A stretch of 40,524 bases of DNA from a virus (Duplodnaviria > Heunggongvirae > Uroviricota > Caudoviricetes), in IMG/VR virus record IMGVR_UViG_2627853794_000002, positions 1 to 40,524 of that record; one strand, written 5' to 3'. The notes below the pieces were generated by a model, which was not told the DNA's origin, made no database searches, and saw only the letters and a program-made list of their open reading frames with translations. Positions 9,946 to 19,510 of the stretch are shown piece by piece; positions within the stretch are counted from its first letter, which is position 1, and each line of letters begins with the position of its first letter. The position numbers and the translations under genes are program-made.

Positions 9946-11781
9946 TTACCTGCCAAAGCGCGTATAGCCAACATCATGGCTGACATCAAAACCGCTGGAT
10001 CGCGTTTCCATAACCCGCATACCCGGAGGCGAATTCACAAAAGAGACCTTGATCTCACCATCAACTTTTGGCGCAGAAGCTTTGTTAATCATGAAGGGAT
10101 TCGGGCCTGTGGCACCGGAGGCGTTGTTTGACTGAGCCAGATCTACCGCCGGATAAGGTGTGTATCCCCGTGCCGGTATTCCCGTCCCATAAGCATCATA
10201 AGCACCCGCGCCCCACTGCGCAGAGTTAATGGCATCGACCGTGTCACCGGAACTGTCGGTAAACCACTCAATAATTGGCTTCAGCTTATCCCACATATCC
10301 TGAAACCACTTAACAACCGGTCCCCAGTTATTGATCACCATCTCCAGCGGCGACCAGGCAAAAACCTTCTTCAGAAGTTCCCAGCCAGCCTCAAAATAAG
10401 GACCAATGGTTTCCCAGAGTTTCTTAAAATAAGGTCCGACAACATCCCAGTTAGTGATAATTAATCCCGCAGCCAGGGCTATCGCCGTCGCAATCATGCC
10501 AATCGGCGTCATCGACATGATCCTGCTGACAATACTGATGGCACCGCCCACGCCCATCAATCCCAGCTTCAGAATCGCAAGACCGGCAGCAAGCCCGACG
10601 ACGCCGCGAATAACCCGGGGATTTTCATCCGCAAACTTCGTGAATTTCTCCCCCAACTCCCCCAGCCACTGCGTGATATTTTTGGCGTCACCAGAAAATG
10701 CGCCGCCAATAGCTGCAAGACCGTTAGTTGCGGTCCCCGTCATTGCCTCCCACAGGTTGGACAGCGTACCAAGCTGAGCCTGAACACGTTTATTCAGGCT
10801 GGCCTGTTTATTCATCTTCTGCTGGATCTGATCGTAGCCATCCTTTCCTTTATCGATTAGTGCATTGACCACCTGAAGGGTTTCGGCATCATCACCAAAT
10901 ATTGCCTTAAGTACGCCTGTTCGCTTAACGTCGGTCAGTTTTCGCAGCTTTGCCAGTTGCCTGAACATGTTATCAAGACCGCCAAAACTCCCTTTGCCGT
11001 CAGTAAAATCGAGCTGTACCCCGAGTTTCTGGCGGGCCATGATTTTATTGACGTCCCTGATTTTCTTAACGCTTAATCCGGACTGGATAACTTTTCGCAG
11101 GGCGTTACCTGCCGACTCCCCGTTCATCCCCATCTGATCCATCATGACGCTGATGGGGGCAAGGCTCTGTGCAGCCTGAAGACCGTCCTTGTTCACCATC
11201 TTCAGAACAGAACTGGTTTTAGTGAAGAAGGACAACATGTTGGTATCGTCAACGCCCAGATAAAACGCCTTCTGGATAGTGTCGAACAGCCCCATCATGT
11301 CTTCTGACGCCGTTCCGGTAGCATCCTGCATCTTTGCAGCAAACTCAGCAGCCGCTTCCGGTGTTTTTTTCAGTTGTACCGCAAGATAAGCTGTCGCTTT
11401 ACCCACACCACCCAGAATGTTTTCTGCCGGGATCCCCTGACGCACCAGCATCTGCATCATGTTCTGGAAATCAGCCGTTGTACCGGGTAGCTGGTTACCC
11501 AGGCCAATAGCCAGTTTATTGATGTCCTGAAAGCTCTTTCCAACCTCGCCGTTCGCATCCATCATGGCGACTTTCAGCCCGGTAGCGGCGTTTTCCTGAT
11601 CGGCATAAGATTTCAGGGAAAGCGTCAGCCCCGCTGCCAGTCCTCCACCAAGCGCCAGCCCACCCTGTGACGCTTCTTCCGCCTGGCGTTTAAATCCCCG
11701 GATTTTCTTTTGCATTTTCGACAGCGCGGGAGAAAGCCTGTCGACACCGGTGATCAACGCCTTAAGCTCAAATTCAGCCAT
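9946..11781 (-). CDS. Tail tape measure protein
   Basis: 611 aa; Ala/Gly-rich helical protein with hydrophobic segment near C-terminus; immediately downstream of chaperone frameshift pair. Confidence 0.8.
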   Translation of the reverse strand: MAEFELKALITGVDRLSPALSKMQKKIRGFKRQAEEASQGGLALGGGLAAGLTLSLKSYADQENAATGLKVAMMDANGEVGKSFQDINKLAIGLGNQLPGTTADFQNMMQMLVRQGIPAENILGGVGKATAYLAVQLKKTPEAAAEFAAKMQDATGTASEDMMGLFDTIQKAFYLGVDDTNMLSFFTKTSSVLKMVNKDGLQAAQSLAPISVMMDQMGMNGESAGNALRKVIQSGLSVKKIRDVNKIMARQKLGVQLDFTDGKGSFGGLDNMFRQLAKLRKLTDVKRTGVLKAIFGDDAETLQVVNALIDKGKDGYDQIQQKMNKQASLNKRVQAQLGTLSNLWEAMTGTATNGLAAIGGAFSGDAKNITQWLGELGEKFTKFADENPRVIRGVVGLAAGLAILKLGLMGVGGAISIVSRIMSMTPIGMIATAIALAAGLIITNWDVVGPYFKKLWETIGPYFEAGWELLKKVFAWSPLEMVINNWGPVVKWFQDMWDKLKPIIEWFTDSSGDTVDAINSAQWGAGAYDAYGTGIPARGYTPYPAVDLAQSNNASGATGPNPFMINKASAPKVDGEIKVSFVNSPPGMRVMETRSSGFDVSHDVGYTRFGR

Positions 11782-11956
11782 GTGTGCGTTTCTCCTGCTC
11801 TATCCTGTTTGCCTGACTGACCAGCAAGGGAATTTCACTGATCGGCATATTCAGCAATTCGAAGGGATTAATGCGCCAGTAGCTGGCGCAGTCAAAGAAG
11901 CGATCAGTGAGGTATTCAGCCGTCAGGCCTGGAGGAAAAAACCAGCCACAAGCCAC
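11774..11956 (-). CDS. -1 frame extension of tail assembly chaperone (frameshift product)
   Basis: Overlaps 3' end of 11923-12192 ORF in -1 frame; slippery heptamer at overlap; ends 7 nt before tape measure start. Confidence 0.45.
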   Translation of the reverse strand: MACGWFFPPGLTAEYLTDRFFDCASYWRINPFELLNMPISEIPLLVSQANRIEQEKRTHG

Positions 11957-12192
11957 GCCGCTGCATTCAGGTCTGCCGGAGACATCTGGTCGACAGAGCT
12001 TTGCGGCACTTTCGCCAGCCGCACAATGTATTTCGACACCACATGCGCCAGAAGTCTGACGGACTCATCCTGATTCATCTGGTAGGGATACCCCAGCTCG
12101 CGGACATCTTTCCCGGTGGGCTCATCAAACTCCAGTACGGAGAGTGTCTCGCCATGAGCGGTAATCGGTTTCTTTAACTCAAGCTCTTTCAT
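11923..12192 (-). CDS. Tail assembly chaperone (P2 gpE / Mu gp41-like)
   Basis: 89 aa ORF between tail tube and tape measure genes. Confidence 0.6.
   Translation of the reverse strand: MKELELKKPITAHGETLSVLEFDEPTGKDVRELGYPYQMNQDESVRLLAHVVSKYIVRLAKVPQSSVDQMSPADLNAAAWLVAGFFLQA
11935..11941 (-). other. Candidate -1 programmed ribosomal frameshift site T_TTT_TTC
   Basis: Minus-strand heptamer in zero frame (ggT TTT TTC) within the 34-nt overlap of the two chaperone ORFs. Confidence 0.45.
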
Positions 12193-12548
12193 TACTGGTA
12201 ATCCCCTTCTTCACCGTGGAACTCAAGATCGACCGTGCCTTCTTCGGCATTATGGTTCGCTTCGCCGTGCAGCCAGGCAGACGACAGTACATAGACCTGA
12301 CCGTTCGCCAGCTCGGCAGTGATGGTCATCTCATCAGACGAGGTGATTTTGCTCACCGGAAAATTCTTCGGCACCTTGAAGGTCCCTTTGACATAAGGCG
12401 CACGGTGAGTTTCCTTGCGGTCCACTGAACCGTCCAGGCCGATGATGTCATCATTGACCGTCCTGTTCATGGGCACCTCAATGCCGCCGGTCAGCGATAG
12501 CTGCTGACCGTCAATTTTGAAATAACAGGTTCCCCCGATACGGGCCAT
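12192..12548 (-). CDS. Tail tube protein (Mu M / gp40-like)
   Basis: 118 aa; directly downstream of sheath gene. Confidence 0.7.
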   Translation of the reverse strand: MARIGGTCYFKIDGQQLSLTGGIEVPMNRTVNDDIIGLDGSVDRKETHRAPYVKGTFKVPKNFPVSKITSSDEMTITAELANGQVYVLSSAWLHGEANHNAEEGTVDLEFHGEEGDYQ

Positions 12549-14044
12549 TATGCGGACTCCTCTGAATACTGAAGACGGAACTGGTTAACCACGGCAAAGA
12601 CACGCAACTGGTTAACATAGTCAGGCGGGAACAGCGTGTTCAGGCGGTTCGGATCGCTGGCATCACGCTCCACAACCAGGTACTGCTTAAACAGTGCGTA
12701 GTTTTCCACGATCCCCGCACGCTCAAGCTGACGGTAGGTTGCCAGCAGTTCCCCTTTGATCACCGCCGGGGTGACAATCGCCTGACCGGGACCAAAGCGG
12801 GTACCGTCACTGGCAAGCTTGTGACGCCCGTACTTACTGGTAATGACGGATTTCAGTTTGCGCAGTACATACGCGCTGGTATGCAGAGTCTCGCTGTCGA
12901 GGTAGCTGTTATCCGCAACCCCGTAAGCGTTTTTCCTGTACGTGGTGACATCACGCTGAATGCGCAGTACCCCGCTTTCGACATACGCCGTTGCCACGCC
13001 ATGAGACAGCAGGGTCTGTTGTTCGGTCATCGTGAACCGTTTCCCCTTCGGCGCAGGCAGCATACCCACCAGCTCACCGGTCTGCGTGGGACGTGCCGGA
13101 TCGTTGCGAATAAACACCGCTGCGCGGGCGGTACGGCTTGCCGCCAGTTCGTCGGCAGGCGTCTGGGTCTCTTTTTCGTACCCCGCCAGGGTAATGTGCT
13201 GCTGGTTAAACTGGTCACCTGCGGTCACCAGTTCTGACAGCGTGCCGATCTTTGCCGTATACACATGACCATACAGCTGACGCGCATAGCTCCAGCGACC
13301 GCTGGTATCGTTCATCTCGGTCACCAGCGTGTTAACGGAGGCCGTGTCGTTGAACGGCAGGCCGATATAATCAAACGGCTCATCCGCCATTGCAGCCACC
13401 GCGCCGGTGAGAACCGGAGCACCCGTTCCGGCGGTACCCGTCGCCACGGCAATCTGTACGCCCGCTGGCAGCACTTCGCCCCCACCAAAGCCGTAGTAAT
13501 TGAGGCTGACAGGAATTTCATTCCCGCAAAGCCCCTTATGACGCGCGGTCAGTGTGACCACGCCTGCCGAAGATGAAGCCGTAAACGGCAGGGCCGGAAC
13601 GGCATTGATGGCATCCTGGATACTGCTGGCAATCGTCGTGACGTTATCGCCGTTGGTCACCGGAGCCTGCACGCGGGTACGTCCCACATAGACATTCACC
13701 GTGCCGGTTTCGGTTGCCGCCCCGGTCACCGTCAGCGTAACCGTTGCCGCCGCGCCCGTGGATTCAGGAACGGCAATCACATACAGCTCACCAAACGGGT
13801 CGGTCTGGCGATAAGCCTCGACCATACGCGCCAGCTGACTTCCCGCACCACAAATCTGGCGTGCATAGTCTGCCGACGGCATCAGTACCAGACTGTTGGC
13901 AACAATCTCTGCACCGTTATTGGCATGACCAATCAGCAGCGATGCTCCGCTGTCCTGTGCAGTATTCGCCGCCTGGTTATCCATTTCCGCATAAAACAAC
14001 GGAACCAGCGTATTCGACGGAATGGTGTTAAAGCTTATCGTCAT
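12548..14044 (-). CDS. Contractile tail sheath protein (Mu L / gp39-like)
   Basis: 498 aa; sheath-tube-chaperone-tape measure gene order. Confidence 0.8.
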   Translation of the reverse strand: MTISFNTIPSNTLVPLFYAEMDNQAANTAQDSGASLLIGHANNGAEIVANSLVLMPSADYARQICGAGSQLARMVEAYRQTDPFGELYVIAVPESTGAAATVTLTVTGAATETGTVNVYVGRTRVQAPVTNGDNVTTIASSIQDAINAVPALPFTASSSAGVVTLTARHKGLCGNEIPVSLNYYGFGGGEVLPAGVQIAVATGTAGTGAPVLTGAVAAMADEPFDYIGLPFNDTASVNTLVTEMNDTSGRWSYARQLYGHVYTAKIGTLSELVTAGDQFNQQHITLAGYEKETQTPADELAASRTARAAVFIRNDPARPTQTGELVGMLPAPKGKRFTMTEQQTLLSHGVATAYVESGVLRIQRDVTTYRKNAYGVADNSYLDSETLHTSAYVLRKLKSVITSKYGRHKLASDGTRFGPGQAIVTPAVIKGELLATYRQLERAGIVENYALFKQYLVVERDASDPNRLNTLFPPDYVNQLRVFAVVNQFRLQYSEESA

Positions 14045-14198
14045 CGGTATTCACCTTTTTATTCACGCGCCGGATATCACCCGCTGCTTCACGGCGCAGC
14101 CAGTAGTTGTTCTCGTCAACATTTCGCCCTTCGGCGGGCAAAAGGTCGCCGCGGGCAGGGTCAGGAACTGACCGCCCTTTAACAGGTTTCACAAACAT
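14028..14198 (-). CDS. Small hypothetical protein preceding sheath gene (Mu gp38-like position)
   Basis: 56-codon ORF MFVKPVKGRSVPD... not in ORF track (below length cutoff); overlaps sheath start. Confidence 0.3.
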   Translation of the reverse strand: MFVKPVKGRSVPDPARGDLLPAEGRNVDENNYWLRREAAGDIRRVNKKVNTDDDKL

Positions 14199-14206
14199 GA
14201 AGATTC

Positions 14207-14767
14207 TCAGGAAGGAAGGGTTATTTCGGTGTGATGTTCGATATCGCCGTCAGGCCCGTTACCGGGATCGAGATAATCAACATCAATCGCCAGCGTTTGC
14301 AGTTCATCCAGACTGTTCAGATCATCCTGCTGGCGGGTATCGTCTTCGGTCAGCTCGCTGATGACCGAAAAATCGAACTGATAAATCAGCTCATGACGAT
14401 TCAGATCCAGCAGCGTGCCGCCGTCATAGGTAATCGGGTTACCGCACGCCTCCGGGTTCCAGCCCAGCAGAGCCTTAAAGAGCATCTGCCGGACATCGTC
14501 CACCACATCATACGAGGCAAACTGACCGCGCTCATCACGCCCGTTACTCAGTATGACAACCACGGAGAAACCCTCTTTCAGCTCCTGCCAGTAGTCGGTC
14601 TGGCTTTTGTTTTCTCCCGGAGAATCATCACCCGGTACAACATATGCTGCCGGGAGTTTCAGCTTTCCGACCTCCGGCAGATTTTTGAACTGGGCCGCGC
14701 CTGCAACCCGGTTTTCAAAATACGGACAGCGGGCACGCAGTGCAGCAATAACAGGCATCAGTTTCAT
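14207..14767 (-). CDS. Tail-associated protein (tail completion/terminator candidate)
   Basis: 186 aa; position between head-tail joining genes and sheath. Confidence 0.4.
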   Translation of the reverse strand: MKLMPVIAALRARCPYFENRVAGAAQFKNLPEVGKLKLPAAYVVPGDDSPGENKSQTDYWQELKEGFSVVVILSNGRDERGQFASYDVVDDVRQMLFKALLGWNPEACGNPITYDGGTLLDLNRHELIYQFDFSVISELTEDDTRQQDDLNSLDELQTLAIDVDYLDPGNGPDGDIEHHTEITLPS

Positions 14768-15270
14768 CTGTGTCGTCGCTCCGGCTTCAGTGATTTACGC
14801 AATTCCCGCGCCAGAAAATAGCGTGTCCAGCTGCGGTTCTTTTCAAGAGTTTCCACCATGAAGTTATTACGTGGAGCCAGTCGCCAGCCGCTGCCACCGG
14901 ATGCACCACGATGATGGCTGCGACGACGCTTTGCCCCGCGCCTCACGCCATAGAACAAAAAAGCCGGATAAAAATCACCGGTGATACGGCGGTTTCCCTC
15001 TCCATTACGCTGGTTAGGGGCTATACGTGCCATAAAACCAGGGCGATGTTTACTGGCTCTGGGTACCATGTAACCAATCGAACGAGCCAGGCGTCCGGTC
15101 TGATAACCGGGGTTTTCACCCGGTGCCGACCGCGCACGGCGCATCACCAGCCGACGGGCATCACGCATATGACGCTGACCAATCGTGACAAACGCCCGCC
15201 GGACACGGGCGCGGTTAAAGCGCATCTCCGCGGGCTGCTGAAAATCAACGTGCAAAAAGGAAGTCGTCAT
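14764..15270 (-). CDS. Virion morphogenesis / head-tail joining protein
   Basis: 168 aa basic protein; synteny. Confidence 0.4.
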   Translation of the reverse strand: MTTSFLHVDFQQPAEMRFNRARVRRAFVTIGQRHMRDARRLVMRRARSAPGENPGYQTGRLARSIGYMVPRASKHRPGFMARIAPNQRNGEGNRRITGDFYPAFLFYGVRRGAKRRRSHHRGASGGSGWRLAPRNNFMVETLEKNRSWTRYFLARELRKSLKPERRHR

Positions 15271-15655
15271 TGTTGCCTCCGTGACTCTGCCTACATTCGC
15301 CCAGCTCCGTACACTCCAGCAGCAGAAAGCGCCGCGCCCCGTTCAGATCGCGCTGACGTTTCACCCGGTACACACTGTCACCGCAGACCACCTCATAATC
15401 AGCGGTGATCCCCCGGCGGTAACGAATGGTGATGTAATGGGTGATGGCGTCCCCGGTCTGCGCGGTTTCCTGCCAGGTGGTGGCACTGGTCTGGACAACC
15501 TTCGCCCATGTCCGGAACGCAACCGGGTATTGAGGCTCCACGCCAAAGTTATCCGCGGGCATATCCACCCGCAGGCGGATCAGGACGCGTTTATTCAGTT
15601 CACCGGGGTCCGGCAGAATGTAGGTTGCGCTGGTCTGCGCCTGACGAATTTTCAT
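15245..15655 (-). CDS. Head-tail adaptor / head closure protein
   Basis: 136 aa; synteny downstream of connector-like gene. Confidence 0.4.
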   Translation of the reverse strand: MKIRQAQTSATYILPDPGELNKRVLIRLRVDMPADNFGVEPQYPVAFRTWAKVVQTSATTWQETAQTGDAITHYITIRYRRGITADYEVVCGDSVYRVKRQRDLNGARRFLLLECTELGECRQSHGGNNDDFLFAR

Positions 15656-15975
15656 TGCGGGAAATACCTGTACGGGCCGACAAGCCAGTTAAAGCTCATT
15701 GGCAACTCCATTTTCTCAACGTCTGTAACCGACGAGCGATTTTCGTAAAAATGGCTGATAAGCATCAGCATCCCCAGACGAATATCATCCGGCAGGTGCA
15801 GCCCGTCCGGATCGCTGTCCGGAATGGATTCATCCGGTGCATAGAGCTTCCGGTTCAGATACGTTTCCGTCCGCTTTTGCGCCGCACAGGCCAGCAGTTG
15901 CAGATGGCGGTCATCAGCATCGAAATCCTCATCCAGCCGGAGTTGGGCTTTAATCTCTTCCATTGTCAGAAGCAT
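15652..15975 (-). CDS. Head-tail connector protein (gp6-like)
   Basis: 107 aa; MLLTMEEIKAQLRLDEDF... typical of gp6-like connector family; follows capsid gene. Confidence 0.5.
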   Translation of the reverse strand: MLLTMEEIKAQLRLDEDFDADDRHLQLLACAAQKRTETYLNRKLYAPDESIPDSDPDGLHLPDDIRLGMLMLISHFYENRSSVTDVEKMELPMSFNWLVGPYRYFPQ

Positions 15976-15977
15976 AC

Positions 15978-16178
15978 TCAGCTCTCTTTACTGGTCGTGG
16001 CTTTTTTCTCTTTTGCCGCTTTACTGCTTTTTGCACTGGTTCCGCGCTCAGCTAACCCGGCCTGAAGTGCAATCTCCTGCACCCGGGCAGGAAGCGCCCC
16101 GTCGTCATACTCACCGGCCCGAATGACTTCAACACGCATACCGTCCGGTGACCATTTCAGATCTTGTTTCAGGATCAT
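15978..16178 (-). CDS. Small hypothetical head-region protein
   Basis: 66 aa, Lys/Ala-rich tail; between capsid and connector genes. Confidence 0.3.
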   Translation of the reverse strand: MILKQDLKWSPDGMRVEVIRAGEYDDGALPARVQEIALQAGLAERGTSAKSSKAAKEKKATTSKES

Positions 16179-16227
16179 GATTCTTCACCCGTCAGAACAG
16201 GGGGCGCGGTTCCGCGCCCCTGAATGA

Positions 16228-17433
16228 TTACGCCGCTGCAATCTTCAGCAGTTTGATGGCCTGCGAATCGACCAGCATCCCGCCGGTGCGCTTGGTGGTA
16301 TAAAAACCGACAAACGGTTTATTGGTGTACGGGTCACGCAGAATGCGGGTGCCGATACGGTCAACGATGGTGTAACCCCGTTTGAAGTTACCAAATGCAA
16401 TGGCTTTCGCATCAGCGGCGATATCCGGCATCTGTTCGTTTTCAGCGATAGCGTAACCCGCCAGAGAGGACGGCTGCCCCAGCTCCAGCCCCGGACGCCA
16501 CAGATAGTTACCCTCACTGTCTTTCAGCAGACGGATGGCAAACAGACTGTTGTTGTTCATCATGAACTTCGCGCCAGTGCGGTGTGCCTTACGCAGCGTG
16601 TAAATCAGTTTGATAATGGCATCTGCGGTCACCGCCGTCGCTTCGCCGGATACAATATGCTGAAGTTTGCCGAACGCCCGGACCTTGTCTGTTTCATCCG
16701 TGGACTCATACGCCAGGAACCCTTTCGGCTTCTTGGTACCATCGCCGGTGGTAAAGGCAATTTCTTCCTGTTCGGCAAATTCGGTTGCCAGCTCGCTGTT
16801 GATCCATGCTTCCACGTTGAAAAAGGCATCATCCAGCATTTTCTGGGTGGCCTGCGGGTTACCGTAGATTTCCCCCATGAAAGGTTCAATCAGGCCCAGT
16901 TTTGAGGTGGCAGTCTGGGAGCGCGCGTCAGTCTCGCCAACCCATCCGGAAGCCGTGCCGCCCAGATTCACCAGTTTTTTGTAGTCGGAACCACCAACGC
17001 TGATCACCGTGGCTTCCTGGCGCATCACCACTTCATCTTTCAGCAGGGTGAGAATGTTGCGATCCAGTGCTTCCGGCACGGCATAGCCGCCGTCTTCATC
17101 GGTGCCCACCTGTAATGCCTTGCGCTCCAGATCGCGCAGACCATCTTCACGGCCTTTACGCAGGAAGCCCACAAACGCTTCTTTATGCTCGGTGGCCAGT
17201 TTATTTTGCGCACCACCTGCCGGACGTTTCAGCTCAAGCAGCTCTTTTTCAAGATCGCTTTTGAGGTTTTCCAGCTCGCTGAGTTTCCCGTTCAGGGTTT
17301 CCACCTGCCCGGCAAGTTTGCCTTTTTCCTGCTCAATCGCATCCACGCGCTTGTCGTTCTTTGCTTTGAAGTCGTCAAACTTCTGCTGCAGCTCCTGCGC
17401 GACCTGTTCGACATCTTTAATATCAACCGCCAT
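16228..17433 (-). CDS. Major capsid protein (HK97 fold) with N-terminal coiled-coil delta domain
   Basis: 401 aa; coiled-coil N-terminus then capsid core; follows prohead protease. Confidence 0.85.
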   Translation of the reverse strand: MAVDIKDVEQVAQELQQKFDDFKAKNDKRVDAIEQEKGKLAGQVETLNGKLSELENLKSDLEKELLELKRPAGGAQNKLATEHKEAFVGFLRKGREDGLRDLERKALQVGTDEDGGYAVPEALDRNILTLLKDEVVMRQEATVISVGGSDYKKLVNLGGTASGWVGETDARSQTATSKLGLIEPFMGEIYGNPQATQKMLDDAFFNVEAWINSELATEFAEQEEIAFTTGDGTKKPKGFLAYESTDETDKVRAFGKLQHIVSGEATAVTADAIIKLIYTLRKAHRTGAKFMMNNNSLFAIRLLKDSEGNYLWRPGLELGQPSSLAGYAIAENEQMPDIAADAKAIAFGNFKRGYTIVDRIGTRILRDPYTNKPFVGFYTTKRTGGMLVDSQAIKLLKIAAA

Positions 17434-17447
17434 CGTATTTCTCCTGA

Positions 17448-18134
17448 TTAGAAGTTTAGATTTTTCAGTGCATTCAGTGCAGAGCCCACATCCTCAGCGT
17501 CGCGCAGGGACAGTGCGCCATAGCCCCCGGCCATGAATGCTTTGGCCTGGGTACGGGAGAGTCCGACATCACGCAGGACTCTTTCGATTTTTTTCTGTTC
17601 GGGGATTTCCCCGCGGGCCAGTGCGTTCTTGACGTCGCTGATCCGCGCCTCGTCGTTAGACGGGAACGTCACCAGGCTGACTTCCCAGAGGTCGATTTCT
17701 TTCAGCAGAAAGGCTTCTTTGCTCCGGTCGTATTCCCAGTCTTTCAGGACGTACCCAATAGAAAGGCCGGTTAACGAACCGGCCTTCATGTGTGCATGTG
17801 CGCGTTTTGCGAGGGGATCATCATCAATAAGCAACCGTCCCCTGACGTAAAGCCCGACATCGTCTTCCTTCATTTCGGTGTAAACACCGATGGGTTCATC
17901 CATGCGGTGCTGCCAGAGCAGCGCAGGTAACGCTTTTCTGTCACTCCACGCCCGCAGGGAAGCAGCAAATGCCCCGGACATCACCACATCATCGTGGCTG
18001 TCCTTTACACCAAAGACGGAGCCATACCCTTCAAACTCACCGGAGTCACTGACAGATTTCAGACTCAGCGGTACATCAAGACGTTGTTTCGTCTGCATTG
18101 GCGTTATCCTTCTGCTTACCGGCTTTACTGCCAT
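17448..18134 (-). CDS. Prohead protease (HK97 family)
   Basis: 228 aa; between portal and capsid; true start may be internal Met near 18098. Confidence 0.7.
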   Translation of the reverse strand: MAVKPVSRRITPMQTKQRLDVPLSLKSVSDSGEFEGYGSVFGVKDSHDDVVMSGAFAASLRAWSDRKALPALLWQHRMDEPIGVYTEMKEDDVGLYVRGRLLIDDDPLAKRAHAHMKAGSLTGLSIGYVLKDWEYDRSKEAFLLKEIDLWEVSLVTFPSNDEARISDVKNALARGEIPEQKKIERVLRDVGLSRTQAKAFMAGGYGALSLRDAEDVGSALNALKNLNF

Positions 18135-19317
18135 CGGAGGGTTTCGTGGTCATGTTCATCGGTGTGAGATAGACATCACCACCGGGACGCGGATTCATAT
18201 CTTCCAGGTCGCGGCAGTCATTGGGAGAGTAAATTCCCCAGTTGATCCCGGTGGCGTAGGCTTCAAAACGGGACTTCATATCCCCGCGCAGTAACGCCCC
18301 GGCGTTAAATTTGGCGTAATAAACGCCCTGCTTACTTTTTCGTACCAGTCCGGTGTTGATCCGCTGTTCGATGCGGGTCAGATACGGCACCAGTGAATAG
18401 TTGATAAATCCCAGCCCCAGCTCTTCGATATTGTTGAAGGTGGCGCGATCGGTGTTCTGCACCATGTGCAACGGCACCCGGAACAGACGACAGATTTCTT
18501 CAAGCTGAAACTTGCGGGTTTCCAGGAACTGGCTGTCCTCGGCGTTCAGCGCCATCGACTTCCAGTCCAGCCCCATCTCAAGGATCATCGGGCGGTGAGC
18601 ATTGCCAAGCCCGGTGTGACGCTCCTCAAAATCTTTCTTCAGGCGCTCATAAGCCTGATCCGACAGCGTCTGTTCTGTACGCAACACACCGGACGTCACC
18701 GCACCATTGCTGAACAGTCTGGCCCCGTGCTCTTCGGTCGCTGCTGCCAGCGATATTGCCTCGCGGGCATAGGCGATGGGATTCAGTCCCACCAGACCGT
18801 CCAGCGTCAGCGTGCGCACATGCCAGATATCCTCCTGGCTCAGTACATCCGTGGAACCGTCCGGGAATGTGACCTGATAGACCGGCTCCCAGCGACTGTT
18901 AAGCTTCGGTACCACACAGCCGGGATCGACGGGCAGCAGTTCAGCCACTTCGCCAAATGCTTTCACTTTGTAGGCGTAAAAGTTTCCCCTCAGGCACAGA
19001 CAGGTGACCACCAGCTCCCAGAACTCCTGCGGCGTCATATAGCCATTGGGATGCGTGGAGATCAGCTTATGCAGACGTTCGCCGGTGGCTCTCTGTTTCA
19101 GGCTGCCGTTCAGGTGATACAGATTGCAGGGCAACATCCCGACCGACTCTGCCAGCACTCTGACGCAGGAAAAAACCGCCGTCAGTCGCATGGCCCGCTG
19201 ACTGCTGATCTGCTTTCCGGTATAGGTGTCGTAAGACAACCCGATGGCATCCGCCAGCTCTGCTGGCGTGGTCACCGGCGCGTCACTTTTTCGTTGAAAT
19301 AATCCCGAAAAGAACAC
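18076..19317 (-). CDS. Portal protein (HK97 family)
   Basis: 413 aa (GTG start in track); terminase-portal-protease-capsid order. Confidence 0.8.
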   Translation of the reverse strand: MFFSGLFQRKSDAPVTTPAELADAIGLSYDTYTGKQISSQRAMRLTAVFSCVRVLAESVGMLPCNLYHLNGSLKQRATGERLHKLISTHPNGYMTPQEFWELVVTCLCLRGNFYAYKVKAFGEVAELLPVDPGCVVPKLNSRWEPVYQVTFPDGSTDVLSQEDIWHVRTLTLDGLVGLNPIAYAREAISLAAATEEHGARLFSNGAVTSGVLRTEQTLSDQAYERLKKDFEERHTGLGNAHRPMILEMGLDWKSMALNAEDSQFLETRKFQLEEICRLFRVPLHMVQNTDRATFNNIEELGLGFINYSLVPYLTRIEQRINTGLVRKSKQGVYYAKFNAGALLRGDMKSRFEAYATGINWGIYSPNDCRDLEDMNPRPGGDVYLTPMNMTTKPSDGSKAGKQKDNANADETTS

Positions 19318-19499
19318 TATTTACCTCCGCCGACAGACGGCTGTGTTCGGTCGAGATATCGCGCCACCAGCCACGACCAGAACAGGCACAGCACCCCGGC
19401 AACAACAAAACCCGCCGGGGGATAAATCAGCCAGGCACCATACGCCAGCAAAAGCGCACCCAGCACGCCCACCAGTGGCGCGAGAATTATCAGAAACAT
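19317..19499 (-). CDS. Small hydrophobic protein (two predicted TM helices)
   Basis: 60 aa [45 protein letters not shown]...; between terminase large subunit and portal. Confidence 0.3.
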   Translation of the reverse strand: MFLIILAPLVGVLGALLLAYGAWLIYPPAGFVVAGVLCLFWSWLVARYLDRTQPSVGGGK

Positions 19500-19510
19500 A
19501 ATGACCTCGG

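Noticed and set aside
14231-14821. 196-aa plus-strand ORF (and similar long plus-strand ORFs at 15508-16065, 18466-19302, 19928-20530, 8708-9205)
   Set aside because: They lie antisense inside well-supported minus-strand structural genes (tail, capsid, portal, terminase) with consistent synteny and coupling; treated as shadow ORFs of GC-rich coding sequence.
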